From NCBI RefSeq assembly GCF_009914755.1, contig NC_060925.1: 64,000 nt of DNA, one strand, 5' to 3'. Of the stretch, positions 1-26,499 are shown one piece after another. The stretch comes from the human T2T-CHM13v2.0 reference genome, Homo sapiens. A model generated the notes under the pieces. It ran no database searches and had not been told where the DNA came from. It saw only the letters and a list, made by a program, of their open reading frames with translations. Position numbers and translations under genes: made by a program. The stretch's first letter is position 1, and every line of letters starts with the position of its first letter.

Positions 1-3262
<3,262 letters not shown>

Positions 3263-3263
3263 G

Positions 3264-3323
3264 AAAAAATGCAATATCTGTGAAGTACAATAAAATGAAG
3301 CACAATACAACAAGGTATGCCTG
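3264..3323 (-). mobile_element. Tigger1 terminus (TIR) into which the L1 inserted
   Basis: Reverse complement caggcataccttgttgtattgtgcttcattttattgtacttcacagatattgc resembles the Tigger1 5' end; flanked by TA. Confidence 0.7.
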
Positions 3324-3601
3324 TATAAGTATTTAGTTTGTGGCTACATTGCCAAGAAAGAAATGATTTGGAAAATAAATCATTATGAAGGGTACTGGTG
3401 TCTGTAGCTTACTTTGAAATGCATAAGATGGGTAGATGTATAGATTCATGGCAAATATAGCAAAAAGTTAATTGTAGAATGTAGGTGGTGAATATATAAG
3501 TATTCATTGTATAATTCCTTCAACTTCACTATAGTTTTGAAAATCTTTATAATTTTGAATGAAAGTAGAACTATTTTCTTAAAGATGTCACTATATTGTA
3601 T

Positions 3602-4118
3602 TGCATTAGTTTTCTACTGCTGTTATTAAAAAGTTACTAAAAACTTGGTGCCTTAAAACAACACAGCTTTATTATTTTACAATTCAGTAGGTTAGAAGGC
3701 CAACCCACAGGTCTCTGTGGGCTAAGATCAAGGTGTCAGCAAAGCTGTGTTCCTTTCTAGAGGCTCTTGGGGAAAATCTGTTTCTTTGCCTTTTCAGCTT
3801 CTGGAGGCCATTGGCATTCCTTGGCTCACAGCCCATTCCTCCATTTTCAAAGTCAGCAATGTGCATCTTTCTGACTATTCTTCAGTAGTCCTAGCTCTCT
3901 CTGCTCACAGGCAGAAAAAGCTACCCAGTTTTATGATTACATGTGTTTTCTGGATACATTTGACCCACCCAGATAATCCAGAATAATCTCTCTAGCTCAA
4001 TTTTCTTAATTCAATTCCATCTGAAAAGTCCTTTTTGCCATTTAAGGTGACATATTCACAGGTTCTGGGAATTAGGAAATGAATATCTTTGTAGAGAGCC
4101 ATTATTCTGCCTACTACA
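3602..4118 (-). mobile_element. MLT1 (ERVL-MaLR) solo LTR
   Basis: tgcattagtt...ctgcctactaca termini; degenerate 5-bp TSD tgtat/tgcat. Confidence 0.8.
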
Positions 4119-4600
4119 TGCATATTTGCTAGAGCTAATTATTGTTTTTCTGGGTCTCATAAGAGAGAGGGAAAACTAGGAAGTTGTGATGTCAATAAAA
4201 CAAAAATTGGCAGTTCTTTTGAGAAGTGTGGTTGGAGCCAGGGGAGTGATAAAATTTCCCCTAACAGCATGTGTAGAATAAGAGAAGAGGGACAAGGAAA
4301 GACTCCAAGAAACATGAACAGCTAAGGAATAGGCAAAAGAAAAGGACTGAAAAAGAGTGGCCAAAACAGAAAAGAAATTTATAAGAGTTTCCATGGAAGA
4401 AGCTAAAGAGGAAGAAAGGTAGGTTTTTGTTTGTTTCTTTGATTTTTCTCCAGAAAAACTGAGTAATCATTTAAAAAAGTGAGTGGTCATCATTTTTAAA
4501 GACTCTACAGAGATCGGTAAACTATATTATATCTGTCAACAGTGGTTTTCTGGAGTGATGAAGATAGAAGCCATATTGCCAGGAGGTACCATTATCAAGT

Positions 4601-11377
<6,777 letters not shown>

Positions 11378-13179
11378 CCATAATCAAGTATTTTTAAAGC
11401 ATACTTGACTTGTAGTTCTCTATTCAATTTAAAATTAACATCATATCCTTTTACTTTGCCTTGACTCACAATTTTCAAGTCTTTGTTAAAATAACCTTGG
11501 ATTGTGGACACAAGTTATTATTATCAAATCTTCTTTGTCCCTTTTGTTCTCCACTTGACTGAATATTGAAAATATCCACAGATCTTAAGCTGAGGAACTT
11601 ACCCAAACTGTTCTTTACAAAGGTGACAAAATTATAATGAATCAATCTGCACACTTCTGTAGTTTAACAGGAATTCAAATAATCAAATCTGCTCTCCTAA
11701 GATAAGATGTTTCCTGGATCCCTGGTCTTCCAAACATGCTTAATGATAAGCAGCCTGTATTCTGTTTCTAGAAATACTTTATGATAGACTTCAGCTTCAA
11801 TCATTGAATGTTCTTTTGCCAAAGTTTTTCACACATCTGCCTTACCTACTGCTCATTTTCCATTGATGCAGTTTACAACTCCCCTTTCTCTTGCACTTCT
11901 ACGTATGTCACATGACTAGGAGTTGTCTCTGAATGGAAGTAAAAAGACACATGGGAGAATGCAGATAATTAGATGTCCGCATGCATTGGCCACTGAAGGA
12001 ATTTGAACATGGAATTAATAAAGATATAGTAATTAAAAATTCCTTTATAAATAAATAACAAACAGTAATTAAAAACTGGTTCACAATCTCTCTCGCCAGA
12101 ACCAAGTCCTCCTTTACCCTACACTGATGCAGCCTAGGGAGGGGTCTCCACCTGTTGGATGTTCTCTCCTGAGGCTGCAAATCTTGAATAAATGTCTCAA
12201 GGGCAGCAGTACTGGCATCTGACCAGACTCTGCCGTGACATGGCCTTGACTGTGATTCCTCTTGTCTTCCCAGACTCTTGGTCCTGCCCACTTTCTAACC
12301 CTCAGTCTCTAGCATCCTTTTGATCTGCTCATCATGAGCTTGCAACATCCTTTAGGAAAGCCAGTTCATTTCTGTTGCATGTAACCAAGAATGCTGTTGA
12401 TATAACAAGTTTCTCATCCTGTATGCTCCTATCTCGATCTGGAAAAATCTCACTCTGTCTGTTAACTTTATGCTAATTATTCCCACATTCATATCTTGAT
12501 AGCTCTTATGTTTCTTGAGCACTTCAAATTTAATATATCCCTGAATGAATTCACTGTGCCCCCTTGCCCACGGCATGCTTTTCCTGCAATAGGTACTATC
12601 TTAGTGAGTTACTGGAATCACAATTTACCCAATGTAAAGCCCAGAAACCTATAAGCTGTCCTGATGTATCCCCCTCTTTTAACTTCCAGAGTCAATCTGA
12701 CCTTAATCCAGTAGACTTCTTAAAACATCTCCGTTATGTATGACAAGAGTGGGTGTCAAAAGATGGGCCAAATAACAGAAGTCTGTAAACTTTCTGAAAA
12801 CTATGACTACATACTCACTGTGTTCTAGGTATATTACTTCTGAGTCCAGCAGAGAAAGCAGCACTAATATATCATCTTGGAGTTTTCCACCATTTTTACT
12901 GTCCCCAGGTTATTACTTAAGGTTGCTGGTGTAAGAGTTAGGAAGATTTAAGAATATAAGACTTAGGAAGTACAAATGGATAAGGCCCCCATAAGCATCA
13001 ATCAGAATTCAATCTTTAGCCCTCAAATACACACAAATGTGTAAGGTCTCTTACACAAACACTTACATACACACCACATAAACTTTATGAAAACATCCAT
13101 TTTAATTTGAATAAAATTTATGCTTCAATTATATATATATAGAGAGAGATATATATATAACATTATCTTACTTTTTCAG

Positions 13180-13433
13180 AGCCAGATCATGTTTTATAAT
13201 GATTGTGTTAAAAGTTTTGTGAGTTCTTATTCAAGAGAAAAATTGGAAAAAGTCCACGCTGGTCTGATGTGTCATCTAGAAGAGGTTGCAGACCTGGTAG
13301 TGCTGGATACTAGTAACTCTCGAACAAAAGCTATACTAGGGGCATTGCTTATCCTTTATGTTCACTGCAGAGATATAGTGATAAATTTACTACTTAAAAA
13401 TATCTTCAATGCAGAGGATTTTGAGTGGACAAG
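13180..13433 (+). CDS. DNAH14: Dynein heavy chain exon (linker C-terminal part) SQIMFYND...HCRDIVINLLLKNIFNAEDFEWT(R)
   Basis: ctttttcag|AGC acceptor, AAG|gtaggt donor; 254 nt, phase 0 to 2; resembles dynein HARDVV...FEW. Confidence 0.88.
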
Positions 13434-13583
13434 GTAGGTGGATCTAAATTATAACTACATACAATAACTTCTCCCAAATATATCTTTAGGTAAATTGATT
13501 CTCTACCTCACACTTTGTCAAACTTGAGTTTTAATTTTGGGGGCTTTACCAAAATTCTAAGCAAACTGTACCAATCTGAGTAT

Positions 13584-13943
13584 ATTAGTCCCCCTTTATC
13601 TGCAGTTTTGCTTTCCAGTTTCAGTTACTATGGTCAATTGTGGCCCAAAAATAAGTGAGTATATTACAATAAGATATTTAGAGAGACAGATCACATTCAC
13701 ATAACATGTGAATGTGAGTGTATTTTTCTACTGTTCTGTTTTATTATGTCATTGTTTTTCATCTCTTAATGTGCCTCATTTATAAATTAAGCTTTATTAT
13801 AGTTATTTATGTATAGGAAAAGGCATAGTATGGTATATAGAGGGTCTGGAACTATATGTGGTTTGAACTATACGTATCCTCTGTTTGGGCGGGGGCGGGG
13901 GCGGTCCTGAAACATATTCCATGCAGATAAGGGGACATTACTG
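13584..13943 (+). mobile_element. MER44A-like (Tigger7-derived MITE)
   Basis: tagtccccctttatctgc...gcagataaggggacattactg terminal inverted repeats. Confidence 0.78.
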
Positions 13944-14695
13944 CACCCTACTACTGCTTTTCCTTCTTTCTCTTTTCTACTGTCCCTCCACCTCATTTTT
14001 ACTTCTTTCTGCTTTGTCTTCCTGACCTGATTAGGCCCTTTTGATAGTTACATTCTCCCATTTCCATCTAGACAGAGGGCAGTATCTTTCCATGGGCATT
14101 CAGAGCTCTACCTCCAGCCTCTTCTTTCCGCTGTGCTGTTAATTCTGGAACAGACTGAGGGGAAACAAACTGAAGAACATTTCCAGCCAGCTCCCTAACT
14201 CAAAACTGCCTTCCTCCTACCTGGAGTCAATTAGTAAAATATGAAAGTATAGAAAATTAGGGCCATTCTCACCTTTAGTGAGAAGAGATTGAGTATCAAG
14301 CTCTGATAATAAATGTACGGTTAGCATAAATTCTGCAGTTAGCATAAAAGTCCTTATTTTAGGTATGACAGTTTCCTTTAAACTCTAGAAAAATGAAGCA
14401 GACAGAGGCTTAAGTATGTAACTGAGGCCACTGTTGACTATATTTTATCTGAATACTTTATATCTGATATATACTCACATGTTCATTAAAGCATAAATGT
14501 ATACTTTCTTAATTGCCAAAGAGGATATATTGTATTAATGAACCATTACTCTGGAAAAAGTCTAGTGTGTCATTATTACTTTTTATTAACTCTTTTTAAA
14601 AATGAGAATGAAAAAGAGGAAGAGCATATATAGAAAGGTAAACTAGAAAAGAGAAGATTCTAATAAGACTCTGTAAGTGTCTATGAGTTTAGGGC

Positions 14696-15581
<886 letters not shown>

Positions 15582-16808
15582 GTTCTAAGGGAACACTAAT
15601 GGAAAGGGAAAGGCTCTGGAAATTGATTTTCTATCAAAATAATGATTTGGCACTCTACTTGAATCATAAAACAAATACAGGTTCTTAGGATAACAAAATT
15701 TCTTCTTTAAAAAAACATTTTCTTCCACAAGTGTTATACTTTTCTCTCTCTTGTGGATATATGCTCTCTCATCTGAGACTTTTGCAAGGTAGTAGCTTAT
15801 AATTTTAAATTTTTCTTTTATTTTTAATTAAGTTTATTTTTAAAATTTACTCACTTTTCCAGATTTCTTTATAATATTCCCTGTTGTTCCAGAAAGGATT
15901 TAAAAGGGCTCACAAGGATATACACACTACTACATGATAGCATATGTTGAGAGTGAGTGGAATGAGTGAATAAAGGCAAACAAAGGCAAAAACTAGTGCC
16001 TGTGTAAGAGCTTTGATGACTAAATTCTGAGAAGATATTGTACCTGCCTCCACTTGTAATTCAAAATCAAAACAGCACTAAACAATTAAAAATGTGTAGG
16101 AATGAGTTTTTGCTTGACAATGTTTTAATATTTAAAAAAAAACATAAAATTCTTTACAAAATATTGTTTGATACTTTTTCATTGATAGTGCTCAAATGTG
16201 TTTATTTTGAGAATTGAGTTAGCACTAACTGGGATATAAAATAGAGTCAAGAATTCATACCACAAAGCTACAAATAGTTCATAAATGTAACTCAAAACCT
16301 TCTAGATGTGAACATTTATGGTTAGCTACACAATTCACAGTGCTCATGATATAAATACAAATCAATTTCTACAAAGTTCAATTTGTTTTGATACATAGAA
16401 CAAATAGCATTTCTCTTAAGTACACTCATAATAAGGATCCAGATTATGATAAACATCATCTTCAATCACAGTCTTATTGGAAACCATAATAAACTTCAGA
16501 GGGATGATTCTTATATAAATCCTCCATTTGGGTTGACATCACACCAAAGCAGCATGATTCAGCAAGGCCATTAGCCTCAGAGGGAAGCATGTTCACATGT
16601 TTTTATTCTTCAGTTCTACTATTTCATACCTAATATGATCAGTCATTGATGAGTTTTATATCACACTTCTCATTTGATTTTAATTTTTTAACTTCTATTT
16701 GTTTTTTTAATCAATGCTCCATTTTTAATCTTGATTCTTTTTCTGCATGTGAAAATACATAAAAATAATTTAACCAAATAATATGAACATTTAAAATTTG
16801 GCTTTCAG

Positions 16809-17040
16809 ACATTTGCAATATAAATGGAATGAAAAACAAAAGTTGTGCTATGTGTCTCAAGGAAATGCCAGCTTTACTTATGGCTATGAGTACTTGGGCT
16901 GTACCTCAAGATTGGTTATTACGCCTCTCACAGACCGATGCTGGCTGACTCTCATGGAAGCACTACACTTGAATCTAGGAGGCTGTCCTGCCGGTCCAGC
17001 TGGTACAGGAAAAACTGAGACTGTCAAAGATCTAGCAAAA
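16809..17040 (+). CDS. DNAH14: Exon with AAA1 Walker A (GPAGTGKT, 16993-17016)
   Basis: gctttcag|A acceptor, AAA|gtaagt donor; 232 nt; [21 protein letters not shown]...[16 protein letters not shown]. Confidence 0.96.
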
Positions 17041-17306
17041 GTAAGTGGTTTCTGTATCCAGAATAAAAACTTTTTTCTTTTTCTGTCACACAAACTTTGA
17101 TGTTATCTTAAATTTACACCATTCCTGCTATTAAGATGTTCATTGCATTAACAAGCACATTCATTAACTCACATATAATTAATTCATCAATGATGTTTTG
17201 AATGCCTATTGTGTGCTGGAGCTTAGAATCTCAATAAGCCAACATATGCTTTTTATTTAGTTGGAATACTACTTTACTGACTAACATGTGAATGATTAAT
17301 ATCATT

Positions 17307-17425
17307 GTGTGTGTGTGTGTGTTTGTGTGTGTATGTGTGTGTGAAAGAGAGAGAGAGAGAAAGTGAGACCGAAAGAGAGGGACAGAGAGAGACAGAAAGA
17401 GACAGAGAGAGAGAAAGACAGAGAA
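17307..17425. repeat. Compound (GT)n-(GA)n microsatellite
   Basis: Seen directly. Confidence 0.95.
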
Positions 17426-17737
17426 AAGCAGTAGTAGTTACTGATGAAAGCAAAGGATATAGTTTGTGACCTAGAATTTTTTCATAGTTTTTTATTCATA
17501 GATTTATGTAAAAACATGACCTTAATGCTCTATAAACTAATCAACTGAACTGTAACAGTATATGTACATTTATACTATTATATTGAGTTTTGTGAATCTC
17601 TAAATTTGATTTTTAATTCATCTCCATATTGCAAAGTTTTCTCAAAAGCATAAAGACATTTTATTACTCTAGCAGTTTTAACATTAGTATTTTGTGTCAT
17701 AATTCAAGAAAGATACTAAAATATTTTTGTTTCCCAG

Positions 17738-17791
17738 TCCTTAGGCAAACATTGTGTGGTCTTCAACTGTTTTGAGGATTTGGATTATAAG
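17738..17791 (+). CDS. DNAH14: 54-nt exon SLGKHCVVFNCFEDLDYK (not in ORF track)
   Basis: ttcccag|TCC acceptor, AAG|gtaaac donor; matches dynein ALGxxCVVFNCxxxLDY. Confidence 0.93.
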
Positions 17792-19515
17792 GTAAACCTT
17801 AAACATATGTGTCAGGAAGAAATATTGTACACATAAAACATAAAACAATTCATTGAAGAATAAAAGAACAAGAAAAATATTTATCTGAGACAAACATCAA
17901 GTATTAACAGAACTTTAAATGCTGTTACTTCTTTTAAACTAATGGACTAGAAACCTAGAATGTAATAGAAATTTTAAACATATACGATGCTTTTATTCAG
18001 GTGAACTACTCCTTAAGACAGTGGTTTTCAAACTTTTTTCAACAGTTGGATTCTTTTCAATAAAAAAACTTACATGGAACATGAATATATAAAACAATTA
18101 AAGAGTACTGCTTTATTAACATACATTTATTTTAAGTCCTAACCCCATACATTTATTTACTGAAAAGGTAATCATTAAGACAAGATTATGATTAACACAA
18201 ATATTTGAGTGTTTATATAGATAATGATTACAAGTTTGTCAGTCTTGTTTCGTTTGCACATTATCTGACATAACATTCTGAAATATGTCTCTTACAAATC
18301 TACTCAAAGTTTCAAAATACTGCAATTTGTTTTGCATGTTAAGTCCAAACATTCTACATTTTATTGTTGTCATTTTATTTGTGTTCAAAGCATATTACCT
18401 CTGAGATCCTGCATTTCCAATTTGTGCTCACTTAGTACGTTAAAAATATCAACATAAATAAGTTGATCAATTATTATTTTTAAGATACTTACCAAATAAG
18501 ACTCTCTTGCCTCCTTCCTGGAAACCACTAGTGGGGCCTATGAGGGCTCCACATGAGTGAGGCCAAAAAGCCTGCTAATTAAAATAAATAATATTTAATG
18601 CAATATTTTAAAAGTCAAAATTAATGCCCCCAAACGTCCCATGAACAAAATACCAAAATTTTAAATTAAGACAAGATCTGATTCCTGCTGCTCAGTGGAA
18701 GGAACAATCTTCTACATCCTTCTCGGTCTGAGGCTCTCACTTACTCATTCCGATTCCCACTTCCTTTCCTCCTTGCCATACCTAGCAATAGAGTTCAGGC
18801 ACCCCTCAACTTGCATTCAGCCCACAGAAGTTAGGCCTGTCAATATTTTTGTTTGTTTTGTTGCTTTGTTTTAGTTGCTAACATTTACAAACCAATAGAT
18901 TTCAATCCCAGACTTGCAGCCTCTCACAGAACACTGCTGCACCTGGCCAGCCTGGGCCTGCACTCTGGCAAGTGGCAGAAGCCCAGCAGCAGCTGCGTGC
19001 TTTAGCTGGGCCCACTGCAGTCTTGCCTTATCTGGGCCTGTGGTTCAGTCTTTTGCATTGCCCATCAGCTGCCCGCCACTAAGCCATAAGGCATCTTTGC
19101 CTGATCCAGAAAAGGCAGCCCCCAGATTCACACACTTTACGCCCATCTGCCAGAAAGTTGTCCTGAAGACTCTGCCCCAGGGTGCAGCTGTGTGAGGGAA
19201 ATGGCTGTCCAGGGAGGGATCTGGTACATCTCTGTGCAATCCGTCAGAAGCTGTGGCCCTGTCTTCACGGTCCCTGTGAGCATCAGAGTTTGCTCTGCTG
19301 AGTGGGCTTTTAGAAGCAAAAGGCAGAGTAGTTGACTTGTCTAGCATCTAAGCAGCTGCTGCTTTCAACCCTATAAAAATGCCTAGGAGGGGGAAATGCA
19401 AAAGGCCTTTGCTTGGTTTGGGTAGCATGGGGAGAACACATACAAATTAATATCCCAGTAAATTTTCTCACCATTATAATAATTTTAGTAATCAATCTCT
19501 TTTTTTTTTTAAAAG

Positions 19516-19661
19516 ATAGTGAGAAAATTTTTCTTTGGACTAGTTCAGTCAGGAGCATGGAGTTGTTTTGATGAATTCAATCTAATTGATTTGGAAGTTC
19601 TCTCTGTCATTGCCTCACAGATCCTAACAATTAAGGCTGCAAAAGACAACTATTCTGCCAG
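19516..19661 (+). CDS. DNAH14: Exon with AAA1 Walker B ([12 protein letters not shown])
   Basis: (t)n aaaag|ATA acceptor, CAG|gtattt donor; 146 nt, phase 0 to 2. Confidence 0.93.
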
Positions 19662-20047
19662 GTATTTGTCGAATGTGTTTATACCTTTTGAATTGAAATC
19701 TGATACACACTTAATGTTTAGTTAATTATTGTTAAATATTTTCCCCAATAAGTGTTTAGGTCTTTGGGGTGTTTTTTTTTTAAAGCACATACCAAAAGGA
19801 ATGGCAGTTACCTTGAATGTTTCCATTACTTGGCAAATAATGTGAATATATTTATAACTCTAACTTTCAGGCCAACTTAGAAGTACCCAAATTCTTGCCC
19901 AAGCTTTGGAACAGTCTCCTGAGCTACCAGGACACTGATGCAAATATATTTTAATTTTTTTTCAGCTTAAATTTTCATATTATCTTTTTATCTTAGAATA
20001 TTGCATTTGAAGAACCCAAACAAATGCTGCTTTTTTTATTTCCACAT

Positions 20048-23136
<3,089 letters not shown>

Positions 23137-23148
23137 TTTCCACATACA

Positions 23149-23421
23149 TTTTTTTTTTAAGGCAGACATCTCACTCTGTTGCCCAAGCTGGAGTGCAGTG
23201 GCATGATCTCGGCTTACTGCAACCTCTGCCTCCCGGGTTCAAGCAATTCTCATGCTGGTATTACAGGTGGTGCCACCACACCTGGCTAATTTTTGTATTT
23301 TTAGTAGAGGTGGGGTTTTACCATGTTGGCCAGGCTGGTCTCAAAATCTTGACCTCAGTGTGATCTGCCCGCCTCAGCCTCCTGAAGTGCTGGAATTACA
23401 GGCATGAGCCACCACACCCAG
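23149..23421 (-). mobile_element. AluS with short internal deletion
   Basis: Alu lacking the cctcagcctcccgagta segment near 23255. Confidence 0.88.
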
Positions 23422-24416
23422 TGAGATAAAAAGCAAAGTGGGTATACTGGCCACATACCTGAAGAGCCCTCTTGTCTTATTACTCTGAATTAATGTGCTT
23501 TTATTGAAAAGCTCTGTAATAACAGTATTTATTAGTATTACTAATGTTTAGCAATAAAAGCAAAAATTTTTTCTCTTTAGGTAATTTTAATACTCATATG
23601 ATTTATGGACATATAAAATTGTATCATAATCTAATATTTCTAATGCAAGCTAATGGATACTAACTTGTGGCTTTCCTCTCATGGATTTTGTTCAAACTGT
23701 TAAAGCTAGTATTACAGGACTCATAAATCTGTGGATATAGTTGGGGGTGGGGGGGTCACAGTAACATTTCACTGACTCTTCTACACCTCATCCTCTGCAA
23801 AGTTTTCCCCATTTATGTCCAGAGAGTTCCCCAGGTTTTGTCCCAATTGTTTTCCTGTTTTCACCACCCTCTTTGGTATCAGCTGTCCAAGAAATCACTG
23901 TAGGATTTCTCCCATTGTCTCTACCACTGATGCTGATTGTAAGACACTGATGTTCATGCCAAGCATTCTATCTCATAGTGGTCCCAAAGTTTTTAAACTG
24001 GGGCTAGGGACACTTGGGAGACAGGCTGTGTTCCATGCTGAAGCAGGATATCTGTGCTGTGCCCCATTCTGTGTTCTACTGTATCTTCCAGGCAGAGCTC
24101 TTTTATTCCCTAAGTGTCTCCCAGGTTCCTTTTACTATGTAAGTCAACTCATTCAGCTAGGTATCTTCCAGCCTCAGGTCCCAGAAACATCTTTGGACAT
24201 AATCAAATACATCTGAATCCCAGCAGGGATGACAACTTTGGCTCAGCATGAGCCTCCTATTTCTTCTTTTTTCTCTCACCATTGTTTTTTCCAGTGTGCT
24301 CTGTTTGCATTTAAATGTAACACAGCCTTAATAAAGCTTCCAAACTCACTTATAGTTTTAACATGCTTTGGACTAGAGAAAACAGTGCTAGTGATGAATA
24401 CTGTAATGTCTTTTAG

Positions 24417-24485
24417 GTTTGTACTGGAAGGAAAAGAAATTCGTATCAATATGTCTTGTGCGGTATTTATCACCATGAATCCCAG
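24417..24485 (+). CDS. DNAH14: Exon FVLEGKEIRINMSCAVFITMNP (AAA1 sensor I Asn)
   Basis: ttttag|G acceptor, CAG|gtaagt donor; 69 nt, phase 2/2. Confidence 0.94.
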
Positions 24486-25108
24486 GTAAGTATCAGTAAA
24501 TCTAGTGGGAATAGACACAGACAAAAATCATTTTCTTAAATCTTATCTACAGATGGAGTTGCTTGACATTTGCATCTATCCATATATCTGTCTCCACCAT
24601 CCTCTGAACACTTCCACTCCCAACACCATTTATGAACAGCTGCACTCTGCACCTGTTCATATGGATAAGGATAATCTCACATTCATTAAGCTACTGACAT
24701 ATTTTTACTTCATGAATACCAGAGAGAAAGGAAAAAGGGTCAGAAGTTTTTCACAAAGAGGACCCAGGCAGAAAAGCTGATGAGAGTGGCAGGAGGAATA
24801 AGACAATAGTGATTGCAGGGAGTGGAGGTTGAGCAGATTCAAAAATATCTGATTGAATGCTGTAATAGTCCAAGGAATCAGAGGGAACTAATATGAGGTC
24901 AATTGTGGGAGGAGGAACAGGAAGAAAATATGATAAACCAGGAAGCTCTGTAAGATGAAAGGTACAATAAAAACTATCTTGTAAACTAATTTTCAGATAA
25001 AGGTCACACAGAACACCAATATAATTATTTTGGGGAAAAGTATGTGATTCCTTATTTGAAAAATTGAGAAGTGGTGTTTTTATTGTTTGTTTTTCTTTTC
25101 CTCTTCAG

Positions 25109-25295
25109 ATACGGAGGTGGAGTAGAGCTCCCAGATAACTTAAAATCTCTGTTTCGCCCAGTGGCAATGATGGTGCCCCATTATCAAATGATTGCTGAAA
25201 TAATATTGTTTTCATTTGGTTTCAAATCTGCAAATTCACTCTCTGGAAAGCTAACTAACCTTTATGAATTAGCGCGCAAACAGCTCTCACAACAG
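25109..25295 (+). CDS. DNAH14: Exon [24 protein letters not shown]...QLSQQ
   Basis: strong pyrimidine tract ctcttcag|A, CAG|gtaaat donor; 187 nt. Confidence 0.95.
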
Positions 25296-25602
25296 GTAAA
25301 TAGCTACTTTTCTCAAAATATTTAAAGGTGATTATATAAAAATAACCTTAAGTAATACTTTTCTGGATTGGTCCAGGGATGACCTGGGACTGTACCAAAT
25401 AATGGAGCTAGAATTCCTATCAAAATAATGGAGCTAGAATTTCCATCAACATATAAAGTCCATATGTGAGCTTCATATAAGGCAAACTGTAAAATCAGTC
25501 AAGGTTCTAAGTCTTTCCTCCAAGATCTGGAAAGAGTGATTGAGCATTCGTTATTTTAAATTACGGACTATTTTTTTCCATACAAGGAAGTTAACATCTA
25601 GA

Positions 25603-25792
25603 GCGATCATTCTCAAACTTTATTGTATACCAGAATCATTTGGAGGATTTATTAAAACACAAAGTGCTGGGCCTTACTCCTGAGTTTCTAATTCTGTACT
25701 TCTGGTGTGGGGTTGGAGAATTTGTGTTTCTAACAAGTTTTAAACTGTTACTGATGCTGCTGATCTGGGTTCTACACTTTAACAATTATTGT
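25603..25792. mobile_element. MER5A
   Basis: ttctcaaacttt...cagaatca...gatgctgctg...acacttt pattern. Confidence 0.72.
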
Positions 25793-26161
25793 TCTAGCAT
25801 ATGCCAGAGTATTTGTTGCTAATGCAAAATGGTTTGGACAGCTAACCACATTTTCTCCAAAAGTCCTCCTCTTTTAATTTTCTTTCAATTTATCTCATTC
25901 TAGTTCAGAGAAAACTTAATTCAGATACCGATATTTCTTAACACCTTTAATATTTGTTAGTCTTTAAGAGTGAGACTTTAGGAGCATCACTTTGGGAGAT
26001 GAATGAGAGCATTAGCAGTATAACCAAGGGTTTTTTGGATTCATGTCACTGTTTCCCTGCAGAGCATAGATTACCTGTAATTTACCTATATACTGTGTGC
26101 ATTTGTTTTCATATTTTTTCTTTAGAAACTTTAATAATTCAAATATTTTAATGTTTGATAG

Positions 26162-26238
26162 GATCATTATAATTTTGGCTTGAGATCTCTGAAGATAGTT
26201 TTAATAATGGCTGGAACGAAGAAACGGGAGTTTAAATG
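26162..26238 (+). CDS. DNAH14: Exon DHYNFGLRSLKIVLIMAGTKKREFK (AAA1 sensor II; not in ORF track)
   Basis: tttgatag|GAT acceptor, TG|gtcagt donor; 77 nt; matches dynein HYDFGLR. Confidence 0.9.
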
Positions 26239-26499
26239 GTCAGTTGAATTTTGAATTGTTAGGTCAAAGGGAGTTATATACTGCTGGGAAAATAATTTGT
26301 AGAATTACGGGTGATGATGCCAAGTTAAAACAGGGAGCCCCGCAGACTGTCATAGTAAAGTAAGGCAGAGATTATTTAAGAATATGAAAGAAGAGTAAGA
26401 AAAAATGCACAAAATCGGAGTACTTTTCCCCAATAGAGAGCCTATTCTTTAAAAAAAAGTGTTTTACATAATAAAAGATATAATGGAAAAAAAGACCTC

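Noticed and set aside
11908-12291. 127-aa minus-strand ORF
   Set aside because: No motif, non-ATG start, no supporting signals
13887-13904. GGGCGG repeats (Sp1/G4-like)
   Set aside because: Isolated tract inside MER44 with no CpG island
23815-24216. 133-aa ATG ORF in non-repeat intron
   Set aside because: No recognisable domain or splice context; the dynein frame is complete without it
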